From: an uncultured Gammaproteobacteria bacterium | Lineage (GTDB): Bacteria > Patescibacteriota > Microgenomatia > UBA12405 > JAHJSD01 | Direction: 5' to 3' | Assembly (NCBI GenBank): GCA_964428655.1 | Contig: CAYRYE010000001.1 | Coordinates: 462,158-526,157 of the forward strand | Length of the DNA stretch: 64,000 bases | Part shown: positions 29,573-40,545 of the stretch, in pieces | Position numbering within the stretch: the stretch's first letter is position 1 | Layout of the letters: each line of letters opens with the position of its first letter | The notes under the pieces: model-generated | Seen by the model: the letters and a program-made list of their open reading frames with translations, nothing else | What the model was told of the DNA's origin: nothing | Databases searched by the model: none | Position numbers and translations under genes: made by a program

Positions 29573-30470
29573 CATTTACGAGCAAGTTGATCGGAACAAA
29601 CGCCGATCAGTTTTCATTGTTGCTGCTTTTATTGCTTTCGTAATTGGTTTTGTTTGGTTGATCGGCCATTTTCTAGAGAGTGATCCAAGCTTAATCATCT
29701 TTGCCGTTATTTTTTCTGTCTTTTTTTCCATTGGCGGCTATTTCTGGGGTGACAAAATAATTCTCGGATTATCAAGGGCAAAGCTTGCCACCAAACAAGA
29801 GCACTTTAAATTTTATACTGCGGCCGAGAATCTAGCTATTGCTGCCCAAATCTCAATTCCCAAGCTCTATGTTATTGAAAGTCAGGCCATGAATGCCTTT
29901 GCCGCTGGTCGTGATCCGGAACACGCCACTGTCTGTATTACTACCGGCTTATTAGAAAAACTTGATAAAAGCGAGCTGGAAGGAGTTATCGCTCATGAGA
30001 TTTCGCATATCACCAATTATGATATCCGCCTAATGACCATCGTTGCTGTTTTGGTGGGCACGATTACTCTTCTAAGCAACTGGCTCATGAGAGCTGGCAG
30101 GTTTACTTCTCGCTCTAGAGATAGAAGACGAAGGGAAATTAACCCAATCATTGCCATAGTGGGTTTAGTAATGTTTATTATCTCACCCATCGTTGCCAAA
30201 CTTATCCAATTAGCCATTTCCCGAAGAAGAGAATATTTAGCCGATGCCTCAGCGGTAAAATTAACTAAACAGCCCCAAAGCCTGATTAATGCTTTAAATA
30301 AATTAGCCGCTAGCTCAACCCCTCTAAGGTTTGCCAATCCGGCAACAGCCCATCTGTATATTGTTAATCCTTTCGGAAAAGTGAAAAGCGGTTTGCAAAG
30401 ATTTGTCACTCTCTTTTCCACCCACCCGCCAATGGAAGACAGGATTGCCAGTCTAAAACAAATGTTGTAA
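29565..30470 (+). CDS. htpX: Zinc metalloprotease HtpX (M48 family)
   Basis: The HExxH motif in GVIAHEISHITNYD, four transmembrane segments and a C-terminal EYLADASAV region fit HtpX. It is in the canonical lemA-htpX pair. Confidence 0.85.
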   Translation: MLNIYEQVDRNKRRSVFIVAAFIAFVIGFVWLIGHFLESDPSLIIFAVIFSVFFSIGGYFWGDKIILGLSRAKLATKQEHFKFYTAAENLAIAAQISIPKLYVIESQAMNAFAAGRDPEHATVCITTGLLEKLDKSELEGVIAHEISHITNYDIRLMTIVAVLVGTITLLSNWLMRAGRFTSRSRDRRRREINPIIAIVGLVMFIISPIVAKLIQLAISRRREYLADASAVKLTKQPQSLINALNKLAASSTPLRFANPATAHLYIVNPFGKVKSGLQRFVTLFSTHPPMEDRIASLKQML

Positions 30471-30529
30471 GTTAAAACCAATAGTTAGCACTTGACTTCT
30501 TGAACTGCTTATTCTATATTTAATTTAAC

Positions 30530-33136
30530 ATGGTGTTTGATCCAAACAAGCTGACTCACAATTCACAGCAAGCTTTGGTCAAAGCTCAAGAATTTGCTGG
30601 AAACTACAAGCATCCTCAAGTAGAACCGCTTCACTTATTTTTAGCTCTCATCATAGGATTGGAGGGAATTGTTGTTGAAGCAATTAAAAAACTAGATGTT
30701 AGTATCGAGAGCCTGGTTAGTGAAATAGAAAAAAAGCTTAATGCTTTACCTAAAGCCGGGGGTGAACTCGACCAAGTTTATGTTTCTCAAAAATTGAGCC
30801 AAGTTCTCAATCAGGCCAGAAAAGAAACTGACTCACTTGGCGATAATTTTATTTCTCGAGAACATTTATTTTTAGCTTTACTAGAGATTGATTCAGATTC
30901 TAAAGAAGCTGGACAAAAATTAGGAATTAATAAAGATAAAATAAAAAAAGTTCTGGTGAATTTGAGGGGAAGTCAAAAGGTGACTGACCAAAATCCGGAA
31001 GGAAAATACAATGTTTTGGAAAAATACACCCTCGATTTAACTAGGCAGGCTCAAGACGGAAAACTGGATCCGGTTATTGGCCGGGATAAAGAAATCAGAA
31101 GAATAATGCAAATTTTATCTCGACGAACCAAAAACAACCCGGTTTTGGTTGGTGACCCAGGAGTAGGAAAAACAGCCATTGTTGAAGGATTAGCTCAAAG
31201 AATTGTCTCTAGTGACATACCTGAAAGCTTAAGTGATAAAAAAGTATTGTCTTTAGACTTAGCCGCTCTTTTGGCAGGAACTAAATTTAGAGGCGAATTT
31301 GAAGAGAGATTAAAAGCGGTTTTAAAAGAAATTGAAGCTGGAACGGGCAAACACATTCTTTTCATTGATGAGCTTCATACTTTAGTTGGAGCTGGCGCCG
31401 CTGAGGGAGCGGTTGATGCCGCCAACATGTTGAAGCCGGCTTTGGCAAGAGGCACATTGCACGCTATTGGCGCCACCACTATTGGCGAATACCGAAAATA
31501 TATTGAAAAGGATGCCGCTTTGGAAAGGCGCTTCCAGCCTGTTTATATTAATGAGCCGTCGATTGAAGATGCAATCGCCATCTTAAGGGGACTTAAGGAA
31601 AAATATGAAATTCATCACGGAATTAGAATTCAAGATAATGCCATTGTTGCCGCCGTTATGCTTTCCAACCGTTATATCCGAGACCGATTTCTGCCTGACA
31701 AAGCTATTGATTTAATTGATGAAGCCGCCTCTTCTTTGAAAATTGAGGCTGAATCAATGCCAACCGATTTAGACGAACTTCAAAGACGAATTACCCAAAT
31801 TAAAATTGAACTCCAAGCCTTGAAAAAAGAAAAGGCGGAATCAGTTAAAAGCAAAGTAAAAACTTTGGAAAAAGAATTAGCGAATAAAAATGAAAAATTC
31901 CGCGATTTGCAATCAGCTTGGGAAAGACAAAGAAAAATTGTTTCCAAAATTAGACAAGTCAAAGCAAAATTAGATAGGCTTCACGAACAATTTAAAAAAG
32001 CAGAAAGAGAAATTGACCTCAATAAAGCAGCTGAAATTAAATATGGCCAAATTCCTGAGTCGGAAAAGGAATTGAAAAAGCTTGAGGAAAAATGGCAAGC
32101 TGTTTCTAAGAAAAAGCGATTGATCAGGGAAGAGGTCAGCGAAGAAGATATCGCTCAAATTGTTTTCCGATGGACTGGTGTTCCGGTTTCAAAGTTAATC
32201 TCTTCTGAATCAGAAAAATTGGCTAATCTAGAAAATGAACTTCACAAAAGAATCATCAATCAAAACGAAGCCGTAATGGAAGTGGCTAATGCCATCAGGA
32301 GAGCCAGGGCGGGAATAAAAGAAGAAGATAGGCCAATTGGCTCCTTTATGTTTATTGGGCCCACCGGAGTAGGGAAAACTGAATTGGCCAAAGCGCTAGC
32401 GGCAGTTCTTTTTGATGATCAAGAAGCGATGATTAGAATCGATATGAGTGAGTATATGGAACAACACTCCGTGGCCAGGCTAATTGGCTCTCCACCGGGC
32501 TATGTTGGTCATGAAGAGGGAGGGCAATTAACTGAAGCGGTGCGAAGAAAACCATACACTGCTATTCTCCTTGATGAGATTGAGAAGGCTCACTCTCAAG
32601 TTTTCAATATTTTACTTCAATTACTGGATGACGGTCGCTTAACTGACGGTAAGGGAAGAACAGTTGATTTTAGGAATACTATTATCATTATGACTTCTAA
32701 CTTGGGTAGTGAAATTATTCGTGAATACACTGAAGAGAAAAAAGATAAAAAGCAAATGGAAACGGAAATCTGGGAAATAATTAATCAATCTTTTAAGCCG
32801 GAATTTATTAATCGGCTTGATCAAATAATTCTTTTTGAATCCCTAAAACAGGAGGCGATTGAAAAAATTGTTGATCTTCAAATTAAAGAAATTGAAAAAA
32901 GACTGGCTGATCAGAAAATAAAAATCAAAGTTTCAAAAGAGGCCAGGAAAATTTTGGCCAAAAAAGGCTATGATCCTGTCTTTGGAGCTAGGCCCCTAAA
33001 GCGGCTAATTCAAAAAGAAATTCTCGACCCCTTAGCAATGATGATCATTGAAGGAAAGATAAAAAAAGAAGGCAGAGTTGAAGCTTCTGTTAAAAATGGC
33101 AAAGTTGTTATTTGTCAACCATCAAGGAGGCAATGA
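30530..33136 (+). CDS. clpB: ATP-dependent chaperone ClpB
   Basis: The Clp N domain, two AAA+ modules ([30 protein letters not shown]), a long coiled-coil middle domain and a length of 868 aa. Confidence 0.95.
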   Translation: MVFDPNKLTHNSQQALVKAQEFAGNYKHPQVEPLHLFLALIIGLEGIVVEAIKKLDVSIESLVSEIEKKLNALPKAGGELDQVYVSQKLSQVLNQARKETDSLGDNFISREHLFLALLEIDSDSKEAGQKLGINKDKIKKVLVNLRGSQKVTDQNPEGKYNVLEKYTLDLTRQAQDGKLDPVIGRDKEIRRIMQILSRRTKNNPVLVGDPGVGKTAIVEGLAQRIVSSDIPESLSDKKVLSLDLAALLAGTKFRGEFEERLKAVLKEIEAGTGKHILFIDELHTLVGAGAAEGAVDAANMLKPALARGTLHAIGATTIGEYRKYIEKDAALERRFQPVYINEPSIEDAIAILRGLKEKYEIHHGIRIQDNAIVAAVMLSNRYIRDRFLPDKAIDLIDEAASSLKIEAESMPTDLDELQRRITQIKIELQALKKEKAESVKSKVKTLEKELANKNEKFRDLQSAWERQRKIVSKIRQVKAKLDRLHEQFKKAEREIDLNKAAEIKYGQIPESEKELKKLEEKWQAVSKKKRLIREEVSEEDIAQIVFRWTGVPVSKLISSESEKLANLENELHKRIINQNEAVMEVANAIRRARAGIKEEDRPIGSFMFIGPTGVGKTELAKALAAVLFDDQEAMIRIDMSEYMEQHSVARLIGSPPGYVGHEEGGQLTEAVRRKPYTAILLDEIEKAHSQVFNILLQLLDDGRLTDGKGRTVDFRNTIIIMTSNLGSEIIREYTEEKKDKKQMETEIWEIINQSFKPEFINRLDQIILFESLKQEAIEKIVDLQIKEIEKRLADQKIKIKVSKEARKILAKKGYDPVFGARPLKRLIQKEILDPLAMMIIEGKIKKEGRVEASVKNGKVVICQPSRRQ

Positions 33137-34193
33137 AAGTAGTGATCGGCACCGCCAAAATAAGACCGATGCTGCCAACTAATATTCTCACCACCTCATC
33201 AGCAATGATTTCGTAGTTTATTACTTCTGAAAATGGGCGCGAAGTGTCAATAAAAAGCAAGAGCAGCGGCAGGGCCGCCCCCGTATAAACCAGCACCAGC
33301 GTATTCACCATTGAGGAAATATGGTCTCTGCCAACATCCATTGCTTTTTTATATAAATCTCCCTGTTTTAATTTAGGGTTAGCCTTCTTCAGTTGAGAAA
33401 CAATGGCTGATTGAGAGACGGTAATGTCGTCTAAAACCCCCAAAACACCAATAATAATGCCTGCAAGGAGCAAGCCTTTAATATTAATTACTCCCTGTTT
33501 GGCAGCTTGCAAAAAGCCAGCTTCTTCTGAAGCAAAACCAGTCAGTTTGGCCGCCTCAACAAAAATACCAGCAAGTATCCCAGTAATTACTAGGGCGATA
33601 ACGGTTCCGGCAATCGCTATCGTTGTTTTTTTATTAAAGCCATGTGATAGGTAAAAAGTAATCGGAATGATAAACAACGAACCAACAATGGCAATGAAAA
33701 TCGGATTAGCTCCAGCAGAAATCTTAGGCAAGATAAACTTGAAAATTACCAAAAAAGAAAGACCCATTCCCAAAAGAGAACTGGCTCCTCGCCATCTGCC
33801 GATAATCATTGCGAGAATAACGAAAATAAAAAACAGCCAAAGCAGGGGATTGCGCCTGATATAGTCAGTGATATAAAAGTAGTCGCCGCCCTCAAAATCT
33901 TTACTGTAGCCGACAATCACCTTGTCACCAATCTTATATTTCTGCGGGTTGGCAAGCGGAACATTGCCATTTTCAATGATAATAGTTTTGTCCTCCAAAG
34001 GGCCTTTTGTTACTAACAGTTCTAGTTTTTGATAGAGCTGCTTTTCATCCATAACCTCAATCTCTTCTTCTTCCAAGACGCCAACAATCACTGCTTCTAA
34101 AGTTACTTCTTGGGCAAAAACAGGAGTAATTAAAGCTAAAACAAAAAGAAACAGGAGAGTATGGATCAGGGCTATAAATGCCTTAATTTTCAT
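33108..34193 (-). CDS. YibE/F-like integral membrane protein (candidate)
   Basis: An N-terminal signal, an extracytoplasmic segment and then about six transmembrane helices. The [26 protein letters not shown] block resembles YibE/F-family proteins. Confidence 0.4.
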   Translation of the reverse strand: MKIKAFIALIHTLLFLFVLALITPVFAQEVTLEAVIVGVLEEEEIEVMDEKQLYQKLELLVTKGPLEDKTIIIENGNVPLANPQKYKIGDKVIVGYSKDFEGGDYFYITDYIRRNPLLWLFFIFVILAMIIGRWRGASSLLGMGLSFLVIFKFILPKISAGANPIFIAIVGSLFIIPITFYLSHGFNKKTTIAIAGTVIALVITGILAGIFVEAAKLTGFASEEAGFLQAAKQGVINIKGLLLAGIIIGVLGVLDDITVSQSAIVSQLKKANPKLKQGDLYKKAMDVGRDHISSMVNTLVLVYTGAALPLLLLFIDTSRPFSEVINYEIIADEVVRILVGSIGLILAVPITTFIASLMVDK

Positions 34194-34536
34194 TTACTGG
34201 ATGATGACAGATGTTAAAAATAAAAAACTTATCTTGAGCTAAATAACAAATATTCCTTCTCCGCCCCTAAGGGGCACTCGTAACCTTACAGGAGTTATGC
34301 CTGGTATTACTCTTTCACCTGGGGGAACAGCATCAGTTTTTTTTCTTATCCTTAGGAAAGTAACCGAGGCGGTTTTCTCGGGAACTTCTTTTGTAAATTG
34401 ATAGTCTTTTAAAATATCCAGCTTTGAGCTTGCCATTTTATTAATTAAAAACTAAACCTTACTTTCTATAGGGTATTATATTTTTATTGTTTTGTCAATT
34501 AGTCTGGCAAAAATTAGGGCAACAGTTTGTTTCTGT

Positions 34537-35562
34537 TCATATTTTTATTAGTTTTTCTAACCAGGGAATGTGTTTGTTTTTTCTTTCCTGCCCGCTATCG
34601 CTTTGCTCAAGCAATTGCAGGCGGGTCCACCATAAGTCATCCCAAATATAGTGAACTGCTAGTTGTTTATACTTACCATATCTTTCAAAATATTTCAGTA
34701 GTTGTTCAACTGGAACAGGCTTTTCCGGGTCTTTATTAAAAAATAGTTTAGAGTAGATTTTTTGCTCCCAGGGGGAGATATGGTCAAAAAAGTCATAATG
34801 ATGAAAAACATCAAAGAGCAAATACCAAACGGTTGCAGGCCCAACACCGTATAGTTTTAAGAGTTCTTGTTTTTGTGCTTCCTTGTTTTTCTGGCGTAAC
34901 TCAAACTCATCAATCAAGTTTTGGGAAAAATAACCATCAATTCTCTTGATAGATTTAGCCCGATAGCCAACTTTTAAGATCCTCAATTCATTTTCAGTAA
35001 TCTTTCTGAGACTGCCGGGTTTCCAAAAACACCATAGTTTTTTACCACCATATTCAAGTAATTTGCCATAGTTTTCAAATAATACCTGAAGCATATAGAT
35101 GGAACGCTTAACAGTGGCATTTTGCAAAACAATGCCGACAATCAAATACTCGTAAAGAGAATTTTGGTGTCCTGGTCTCATTCCCCTTAGACGCTTGATA
35201 ACTGGTTTTAAGATTTTATCGTTTGCAAATTGCTTATAGAAATCAGTTAAATCCAAATCCAGATTATAGCGATAACGAATTTCTTTGATTAGTGGCCCAA
35301 TAAATTCATCAGCCAGTTTTTTTTGATAGTAAATATCAACTCTTAATTTGGGGTGATTAACACTACCGAGATTGTTGAATTTTAAACCGAGCTGTTTTCC
35401 CTGCCAATACCAAGTTTGCCACCTGACTCCAGGTTGCCAGAAGTTATCTCCCGAAGGAAAATGGGCAGGCTTATGAAAAGTAGCGTCAAAAGCAAATGGA
35501 GTAGTGGGTTCTGTTTCCACTGACTTGACTTTTTTCAGTTTCATTTGCTTGAAATCTCCCAA
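34537..35562 (-). CDS. HhH-GPD superfamily DNA glycosylase (Ogg/AlkA-like, candidate)
   Basis: A helix-hairpin-helix element LLKLYGVGPATVWYLLFDVF is followed by an Asp-containing loop (FFDHISPWEQK). The gene neighbours rarA, consistent with a repair role. Confidence 0.4.
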   Translation of the reverse strand: MGDFKQMKLKKVKSVETEPTTPFAFDATFHKPAHFPSGDNFWQPGVRWQTWYWQGKQLGLKFNNLGSVNHPKLRVDIYYQKKLADEFIGPLIKEIRYRYNLDLDLTDFYKQFANDKILKPVIKRLRGMRPGHQNSLYEYLIVGIVLQNATVKRSIYMLQVLFENYGKLLEYGGKKLWCFWKPGSLRKITENELRILKVGYRAKSIKRIDGYFSQNLIDEFELRQKNKEAQKQELLKLYGVGPATVWYLLFDVFHHYDFFDHISPWEQKIYSKLFFNKDPEKPVPVEQLLKYFERYGKYKQLAVHYIWDDLWWTRLQLLEQSDSGQERKNKHIPWLEKLIKI

Positions 35563-35909
35563 ATATGTCCATCAGGGTCTTTGAAATAAGCAACAGTTTG
35601 CCCCCATTCAGTTGTTTTTGGGCCTTCAAATATCTTTACGCCTTTGCTTTCTAGGGATTTGCAGGCTTTCTCTACATCGTCAACCTGAAAACCGATTAAA
35701 TTGCCTCCTCCCTGCTTCATATTTTCTTTAGGGAACATTGCTGCTGCCTCATCTTTTTGAAAGATAGCCAGTGATGTGCCTTCTAATTTAAAGTTAGCAA
35801 ACTTACCCTCTTGGGAGTTGATTTCCAAACCAAGAATGTCTTTGTAAAAAGACAATGATTTCTCAAAATTATCCACTAATAAACAAATGGCAAATAATTT
35901 GTTAAACAT
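35541..35909 (-). CDS. VOC (glyoxalase/bleomycin-resistance) family protein
   Basis: The N-terminal beta-alpha-beta-beta-beta module FAICLLVDNFEKSLSFYKDILGLE and a second half containing DPDGHIWEI. Confidence 0.65.
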   Translation of the reverse strand: MFNKLFAICLLVDNFEKSLSFYKDILGLEINSQEGKFANFKLEGTSLAIFQKDEAAAMFPKENMKQGGGNLIGFQVDDVEKACKSLESKGVKIFEGPKTTEWGQTVAYFKDPDGHIWEISSK

Positions 35910-35917
35910 TAACTATT

Positions 35918-37138
35918 TCACCTCTTTTCATTTTTCTCCTTAGAAAAATAATACTTCTTGCTTTTGATTTTATCAGGTAATAAGTTTTTATTCTTATCAG
36001 GATATTCTTCATAGCCTTTGCCATAGTTTAGTTTTTTCATTAACTTGGTGACGGGATTTCTCAGATGAAGTGGAATAGGAAGATTACCGTGTTTTTGAAC
36101 ATCGGCCTGGGCGGTTCTGAGGGCATTGTAAGACGACCTGTCTTTGGGGGCTTTGGCCAGATAAATTACCCCATGAGCCAGATTAATGGCACACTCAGGA
36201 TATCCTATTGTTTCACAGGTTTTAAATACTTCATTAGCGACCACTAGGGCAGTGGGGAGGGCCATCCCAATGTCTTCTGAAGCAAAGATAACCATTCTTC
36301 TGGCAATGAATTTAGGATCTTCGCCCGCCTCTATCATTCGAGCAAGATAATAAAGGGCCGCATCGGCATCTGAAGCTCTCATGCTTTTAATAAAAGCAGA
36401 AATGGTGTTGTAGTGTTCCTCGCCTTTTTTATCAAAGCGCAAGTGCTTTGATTGAAGGGTTTCTTTTAGGGATTTAACTGTTAACTTATTATAAAGCCGG
36501 TAAGTATTTTCAATTAAATTAATTGCCTGCCTGGCGTCTCCATCTGCTACTCTGATAAGCCAATCTTTGGCCTTTTTACTTATTCTTACTTTTGGTTTAA
36601 GTTTATTTAAAGCTCTATCAATAACAATTGACATTTCATCTGAGGTCAAAGGATTTAAAACAAAAACTCGGCAGCGCGAAAGCAAAGGAGCAATTACTTC
36701 AAATGAGGGATTTTCTGTAGTGGCGCCAATCAAAGTTAGAGTGCCATCTTCAACATAAGGCAAAAGGTAATCTTGCTGGGCCTTGTTAAAACGATGAATC
36801 TCATCTAAAAAAAGAATTGTTCGCTTTCTTTCTTTAACTTTTTCATTTTTAGAAAAAAGATCTGCTCTGGCTTTTTCTTTAACGGCATTAACTATTTTCC
36901 TGACATCATCTTTTTTAGCTGAAACAGCTGAAAGATTAAAAAAATTAGAATTAGTCTCAGCGGCAATAATTCTGGCCAAAGTTGTTTTGCCGCAACCAGG
37001 CGGGCCCCAAAAAACTATTGAGAAAACCTGATCCCGCTCAATAGCCAACCGCAAAGGCTTATCTTCGCCCACTAAATGTTCTTGACCAATAAATTCAGAA
37101 AGATTTTGAGGACGGATTTTATCAGCTAAAGGATTCAT
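35918..37138 (-). CDS. rarA: Replication-associated recombination protein A (RarA/MgsA AAA+ ATPase)
   Basis: Walker A FWGPPGCGKTTLARIIA, Walker B ILFLDEIHRFNKAQQD, and the C-terminal MgsA helical lid (YYLARMIEAGEDP). Confidence 0.9.
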   Translation of the reverse strand: MNPLADKIRPQNLSEFIGQEHLVGEDKPLRLAIERDQVFSIVFWGPPGCGKTTLARIIAAETNSNFFNLSAVSAKKDDVRKIVNAVKEKARADLFSKNEKVKERKRTILFLDEIHRFNKAQQDYLLPYVEDGTLTLIGATTENPSFEVIAPLLSRCRVFVLNPLTSDEMSIVIDRALNKLKPKVRISKKAKDWLIRVADGDARQAINLIENTYRLYNKLTVKSLKETLQSKHLRFDKKGEEHYNTISAFIKSMRASDADAALYYLARMIEAGEDPKFIARRMVIFASEDIGMALPTALVVANEVFKTCETIGYPECAINLAHGVIYLAKAPKDRSSYNALRTAQADVQKHGNLPIPLHLRNPVTKLMKKLNYGKGYEEYPDKNKNLLPDKIKSKKYYFSKEKNEKR

Positions 37139-37389
37139 GACTAATTATACCGCTTTATCCTTTTCTTCTCCTGTTCTGCCTGCCGGAACGAGTAGGTCTT
37201 CTCATTTGCCTCTTGTTGCATTGGGTTATATCAGAGGGAAGTCTCTGAGGATACCTTCTTGTTCAGCCTCTTTATTTCTCCTTTCTTTCTTCATAAACCG
37301 ACCTTTTTTGTTAACCTTAGTGTTTTCAATAATAAATGTTATGGGGGAAAATATCAATCATCAATTTTGTGGTAGTATATGAAAGAAGA

Positions 37390-37686
37390 ATGAAGAAGAA
37401 AAATGTTGATATTAATCATCTAGCTAAATTAGCTAATATTAAATTAACTAAAAAAGAGGTCAAAAAATATTCCCCCCAGCTTAAAGAAATCCTCAATTAC
37501 ATCAACCAATTAGAAGAACTTGACACTAGTTCTATTGATGCTACTGCTAGGGTAATTGATTCCTCCAATGTAACTTTTGAAGACGGGATTAAGCCAGAGG
37601 AAACGTTAACTGATTTAAACGGATTAAAGGTGCAAAAAAGAAACGGCAAAAAATATTTCATCGTTGAACGGATTAAGTGGGAATAG
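37390..37686 (+). CDS. gatC: Asp-tRNA(Asn)/Glu-tRNA(Gln) amidotransferase subunit C
   Basis: The start is taken at the internal ATG (MKKKNVDINHLAKLANIKLTKKEV...), giving a ~98-aa GatC-like protein. It lies directly upstream of gatA and gatB. Confidence 0.75.
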   Translation: MKKKNVDINHLAKLANIKLTKKEVKKYSPQLKEILNYINQLEELDTSSIDATARVIDSSNVTFEDGIKPEETLTDLNGLKVQKRNGKKYFIVERIKWE

Positions 37687-39100
37687 AAAGATGAAAATCT
37701 ATCAACAATCAATCAATCAATTAAGAAAATTAATCAAGGAGAAAAAAATTTCTCCCCAGGAGTTATATGGCACCTTTTTAAAAAGGATTAAGCAAATTAA
37801 TCCTAAACTAAATGCTTTTTTAACAGTCATTGATCAACCGGAAATAGATAAAAGCAAAGAAAATCAACCTCTTTTTGGAATACCATTTTCCATGAAAGAT
37901 GTTTATCTAACTAAAGGAATTAGGACTACGGCTGGCTCAAAAATCTTGGAAAATTATATTCCCCAATATGATGCCACTGTCTATCGGAAACTAAAAGCAG
38001 CCGGAGCAATCTTAATCGGTAAAACAAACTGTGATGCCTGGGGACATGGTTCTTCTACAGAAAACTCAGACTATGGTCCCACTAGAAATCCTTGGAATTT
38101 GGAATATGTCCCTGGGGGATCAAGTGGAGGATCGGCCGCGGCCCTAGCAGCCAATCTGAGTGTTTTTGAAATCGGTGAAGACACCGGCGGCTCCATCAGG
38201 CTACCAGCTTCATTCTGTAATACAGTTGGCTTAAAAGTAACCTATGGATTGGTTTCGAGATACGGAACCATTGCTTATGCTTCCTCTTTGGACACTGTCG
38301 GACCAATGACAAGAACAGTTGAAGATTGTGCCCTAATTTTGGAAACAATCGCTGGGAAAGATAAATTAGATACTACCAGTACAAATAAAGAAAGCCTTCG
38401 GTATTCTAAAAAGCTGAATAAAAGCATTAAAGGATTAAGAATTGGCATCCCTAAAGAATACTTCGGCAAGGGAATCGACCAGCAAGTAAAAAAGAAATTA
38501 GATGAAGTGATTAAGATATTTAAAAAAATGGGTTGTAGAACAATCTCGATCTCTCTTCCCAGAACCAAATACGCCATTGCCGCCTATTATCCCATCGCCA
38601 CTAGCGAAACCAGCTCCAATCTGGGCCGCTACGATACTGTTAGATATGGCAATTCTAGAAGTGATTTTGGTCCAGAGGCTAAAAGAAGAATTATGTTGGG
38701 AGCCTTTACTTTATCTGCTGGATATTATGACGCTTATTACCTTAAGGCGACTAAAGTAAGAACACTGATCAAAGAGGATTTTGAAAAAGCCTTTAAAAAA
38801 GTTGATGTTATTATTGCTCCCACATCACCGACACCAGCCTTTAAAATAGGAGAAAAAGTAAATGACCCTCTCAAGATGTATCTCTCTGATATCTTTACCG
38901 TCCCTATTAATTTAGCCGGTGTACCATCGCTATCTCTTCCCTGCGGTTTCACTAAAAACGGCTTACCTATCGGTTTTCAAATTATCGGCAAACATTTTAA
39001 TGAAGATAAAATACTTAATGTTGGTTACCAATATGAAAAAGAGATTGGTGGTTTTAAAACAATCGAGAATTTAGATGAAAAAATTAAAAAAGAAAATTAA
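37664..39100 (+). CDS. gatA: Glutamyl-tRNA(Gln) amidotransferase subunit A (amidase signature family)
   Basis: The amidase signature GGSSGGSAAALAA and the Ser-cisSer-Lys triad context. Confidence 0.9.
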   Translation: MNGLSGNRKMKIYQQSINQLRKLIKEKKISPQELYGTFLKRIKQINPKLNAFLTVIDQPEIDKSKENQPLFGIPFSMKDVYLTKGIRTTAGSKILENYIPQYDATVYRKLKAAGAILIGKTNCDAWGHGSSTENSDYGPTRNPWNLEYVPGGSSGGSAAALAANLSVFEIGEDTGGSIRLPASFCNTVGLKVTYGLVSRYGTIAYASSLDTVGPMTRTVEDCALILETIAGKDKLDTTSTNKESLRYSKKLNKSIKGLRIGIPKEYFGKGIDQQVKKKLDEVIKIFKKMGCRTISISLPRTKYAIAAYYPIATSETSSNLGRYDTVRYGNSRSDFGPEAKRRIMLGAFTLSAGYYDAYYLKATKVRTLIKEDFEKAFKKVDVIIAPTSPTPAFKIGEKVNDPLKMYLSDIFTVPINLAGVPSLSLPCGFTKNGLPIGFQIIGKHFNEDKILNVGYQYEKEIGGFKTIENLDEKIKKEN

Positions 39101-39219
39101 TAAAGCAAAACAGACAATCTGGACCAAACTAGCTGAAGTTGGCCGGATAACAAGGGAATCAGAAGGAATGCCGTCTTTAGTAATTCTGGCAGTAATTGTT
39201 GTTAATCTTTTAGGAGAAA

Positions 39220-40545
39220 ATGAGCAAAAATAATTGGCAGCCAGTAATCGGCCTTGAAGTTCACATAGAACTGAAAACCAAATCTAAAATGTTTTGTTCT
39301 TGTCTGAATAAGCATTTTAGAGAAAAGCCAAATACTCATGTTTGCCCTGTTTGTCTCGGTTTACCGGGAGCTCTGCCTGTTCCCAATCGAAAAGCAATTG
39401 AACAAACAATTACTATTGCTTCAGTTCTTAGCTGTCGAATAAACAAAAATTTCTGGTTTGATCGAAAAAACTATTTCTATCCTGATTTGCCTAAGGGATA
39501 CCAAATTAGTCAACATTTTTCGCCAATAGGGATTAATGGAAAAGTGCCAATTTTAACTGGTGGAAAAATCAAGAAAATAGGAATTAGCAATATCCATCTT
39601 GAAGAAGACACGGGCAAATTAATCCATGAAGAAAAACAAACTCTGATTGATTTTAACCGCAGCGGTGTTCCTTTGGTAGAAATAGTCAGTCTGCCGGAAA
39701 TAACCTCTGCTGAAGAAGCAAAAGTATATCTAAAAAGACTACAACAAGTTGTTCGCTGGTTAGGCTTATCAGACTGCGATATGGAAAAAGGGTCAATGAG
39801 GTTAGAGGCTAACATTTCTGTTACTAAGGATCCTAAGAAATTACCTGATTATAAAATAGAAATTAAGAATCTGAATTCTTTCCGATTCGTGGAAAAAGCG
39901 ATTAATTATGAAATTGAAAGACAAATTAAAATATTAGAAAAAGGCAAAACCCCAAAACAAGAAACCAGAGGCTTTGATTCTGAGAACGGAATAACTTTCT
40001 CACAAAGGGGTAAAGAGGCAACTCAAGAATACCGCTACTTTCCGGAACCGGATATTCCTCCTTTTAAGATAAGCAGCAGGCAACTCCGAGAACTGCAAAA
40101 AACAATAGAAAAAATGCCTTGGCAAACAGAAAAAAGAATTATGGAAATGGAAGTTAAGTGGCAATGGGCCCAAATTATTACTCAACAGAAAGCAATAGCC
40201 CAGCTTTTTTTTGAAACAACTAAAATTGCAAAAAGCAGATCTATTTCCCCAAATGAGATTGCTAATTGGATAGTTAATAAGAAAATTGATAAAAAAACAA
40301 AAGCTGTTGATTTGGTAAAGTTAGTTGAAAAACAAATGAATAGATTTAAATTATCGAAAGCAGAAATCAGAATAATAGCTCAACAAGTTATAAGTGAAAA
40401 TCCCAAAGCGGCAGAGGATTACAAAAAAGGCAAAACTCAAGTAATTGGTTTTTTGATTGGTCAAGTCCAAGTCAAAACAAAAGGAAAAGCAGATCCTAAA
40501 CTAACCCAAAAAATACTTTTTGAAATTTTAAATCATAAATCATAA
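39220..40545 (+). CDS. gatB: Asp-tRNA(Asn)/Glu-tRNA(Gln) amidotransferase subunit B
   Basis: The N-terminus WQPVIGLEVHIELKTKSKMFCSC matches the GatB consensus, and a C-terminal GatB/YqeY helical domain is present. Confidence 0.9.
   Translation: MSKNNWQPVIGLEVHIELKTKSKMFCSCLNKHFREKPNTHVCPVCLGLPGALPVPNRKAIEQTITIASVLSCRINKNFWFDRKNYFYPDLPKGYQISQHFSPIGINGKVPILTGGKIKKIGISNIHLEEDTGKLIHEEKQTLIDFNRSGVPLVEIVSLPEITSAEEAKVYLKRLQQVVRWLGLSDCDMEKGSMRLEANISVTKDPKKLPDYKIEIKNLNSFRFVEKAINYEIERQIKILEKGKTPKQETRGFDSENGITFSQRGKEATQEYRYFPEPDIPPFKISSRQLRELQKTIEKMPWQTEKRIMEMEVKWQWAQIITQQKAIAQLFFETTKIAKSRSISPNEIANWIVNKKIDKKTKAVDLVKLVEKQMNRFKLSKAEIRIIAQQVISENPKAAEDYKKGKTQVIGFLIGQVQVKTKGKADPKLTQKILFEILNHKS

Noticed and set aside
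34239-34436. 65-aa minus-strand ORF in the long spacer
   Set aside because: It has no ribosome-binding site and no recognisable fold signal. I kept it only as part of the long-intergenic finding.
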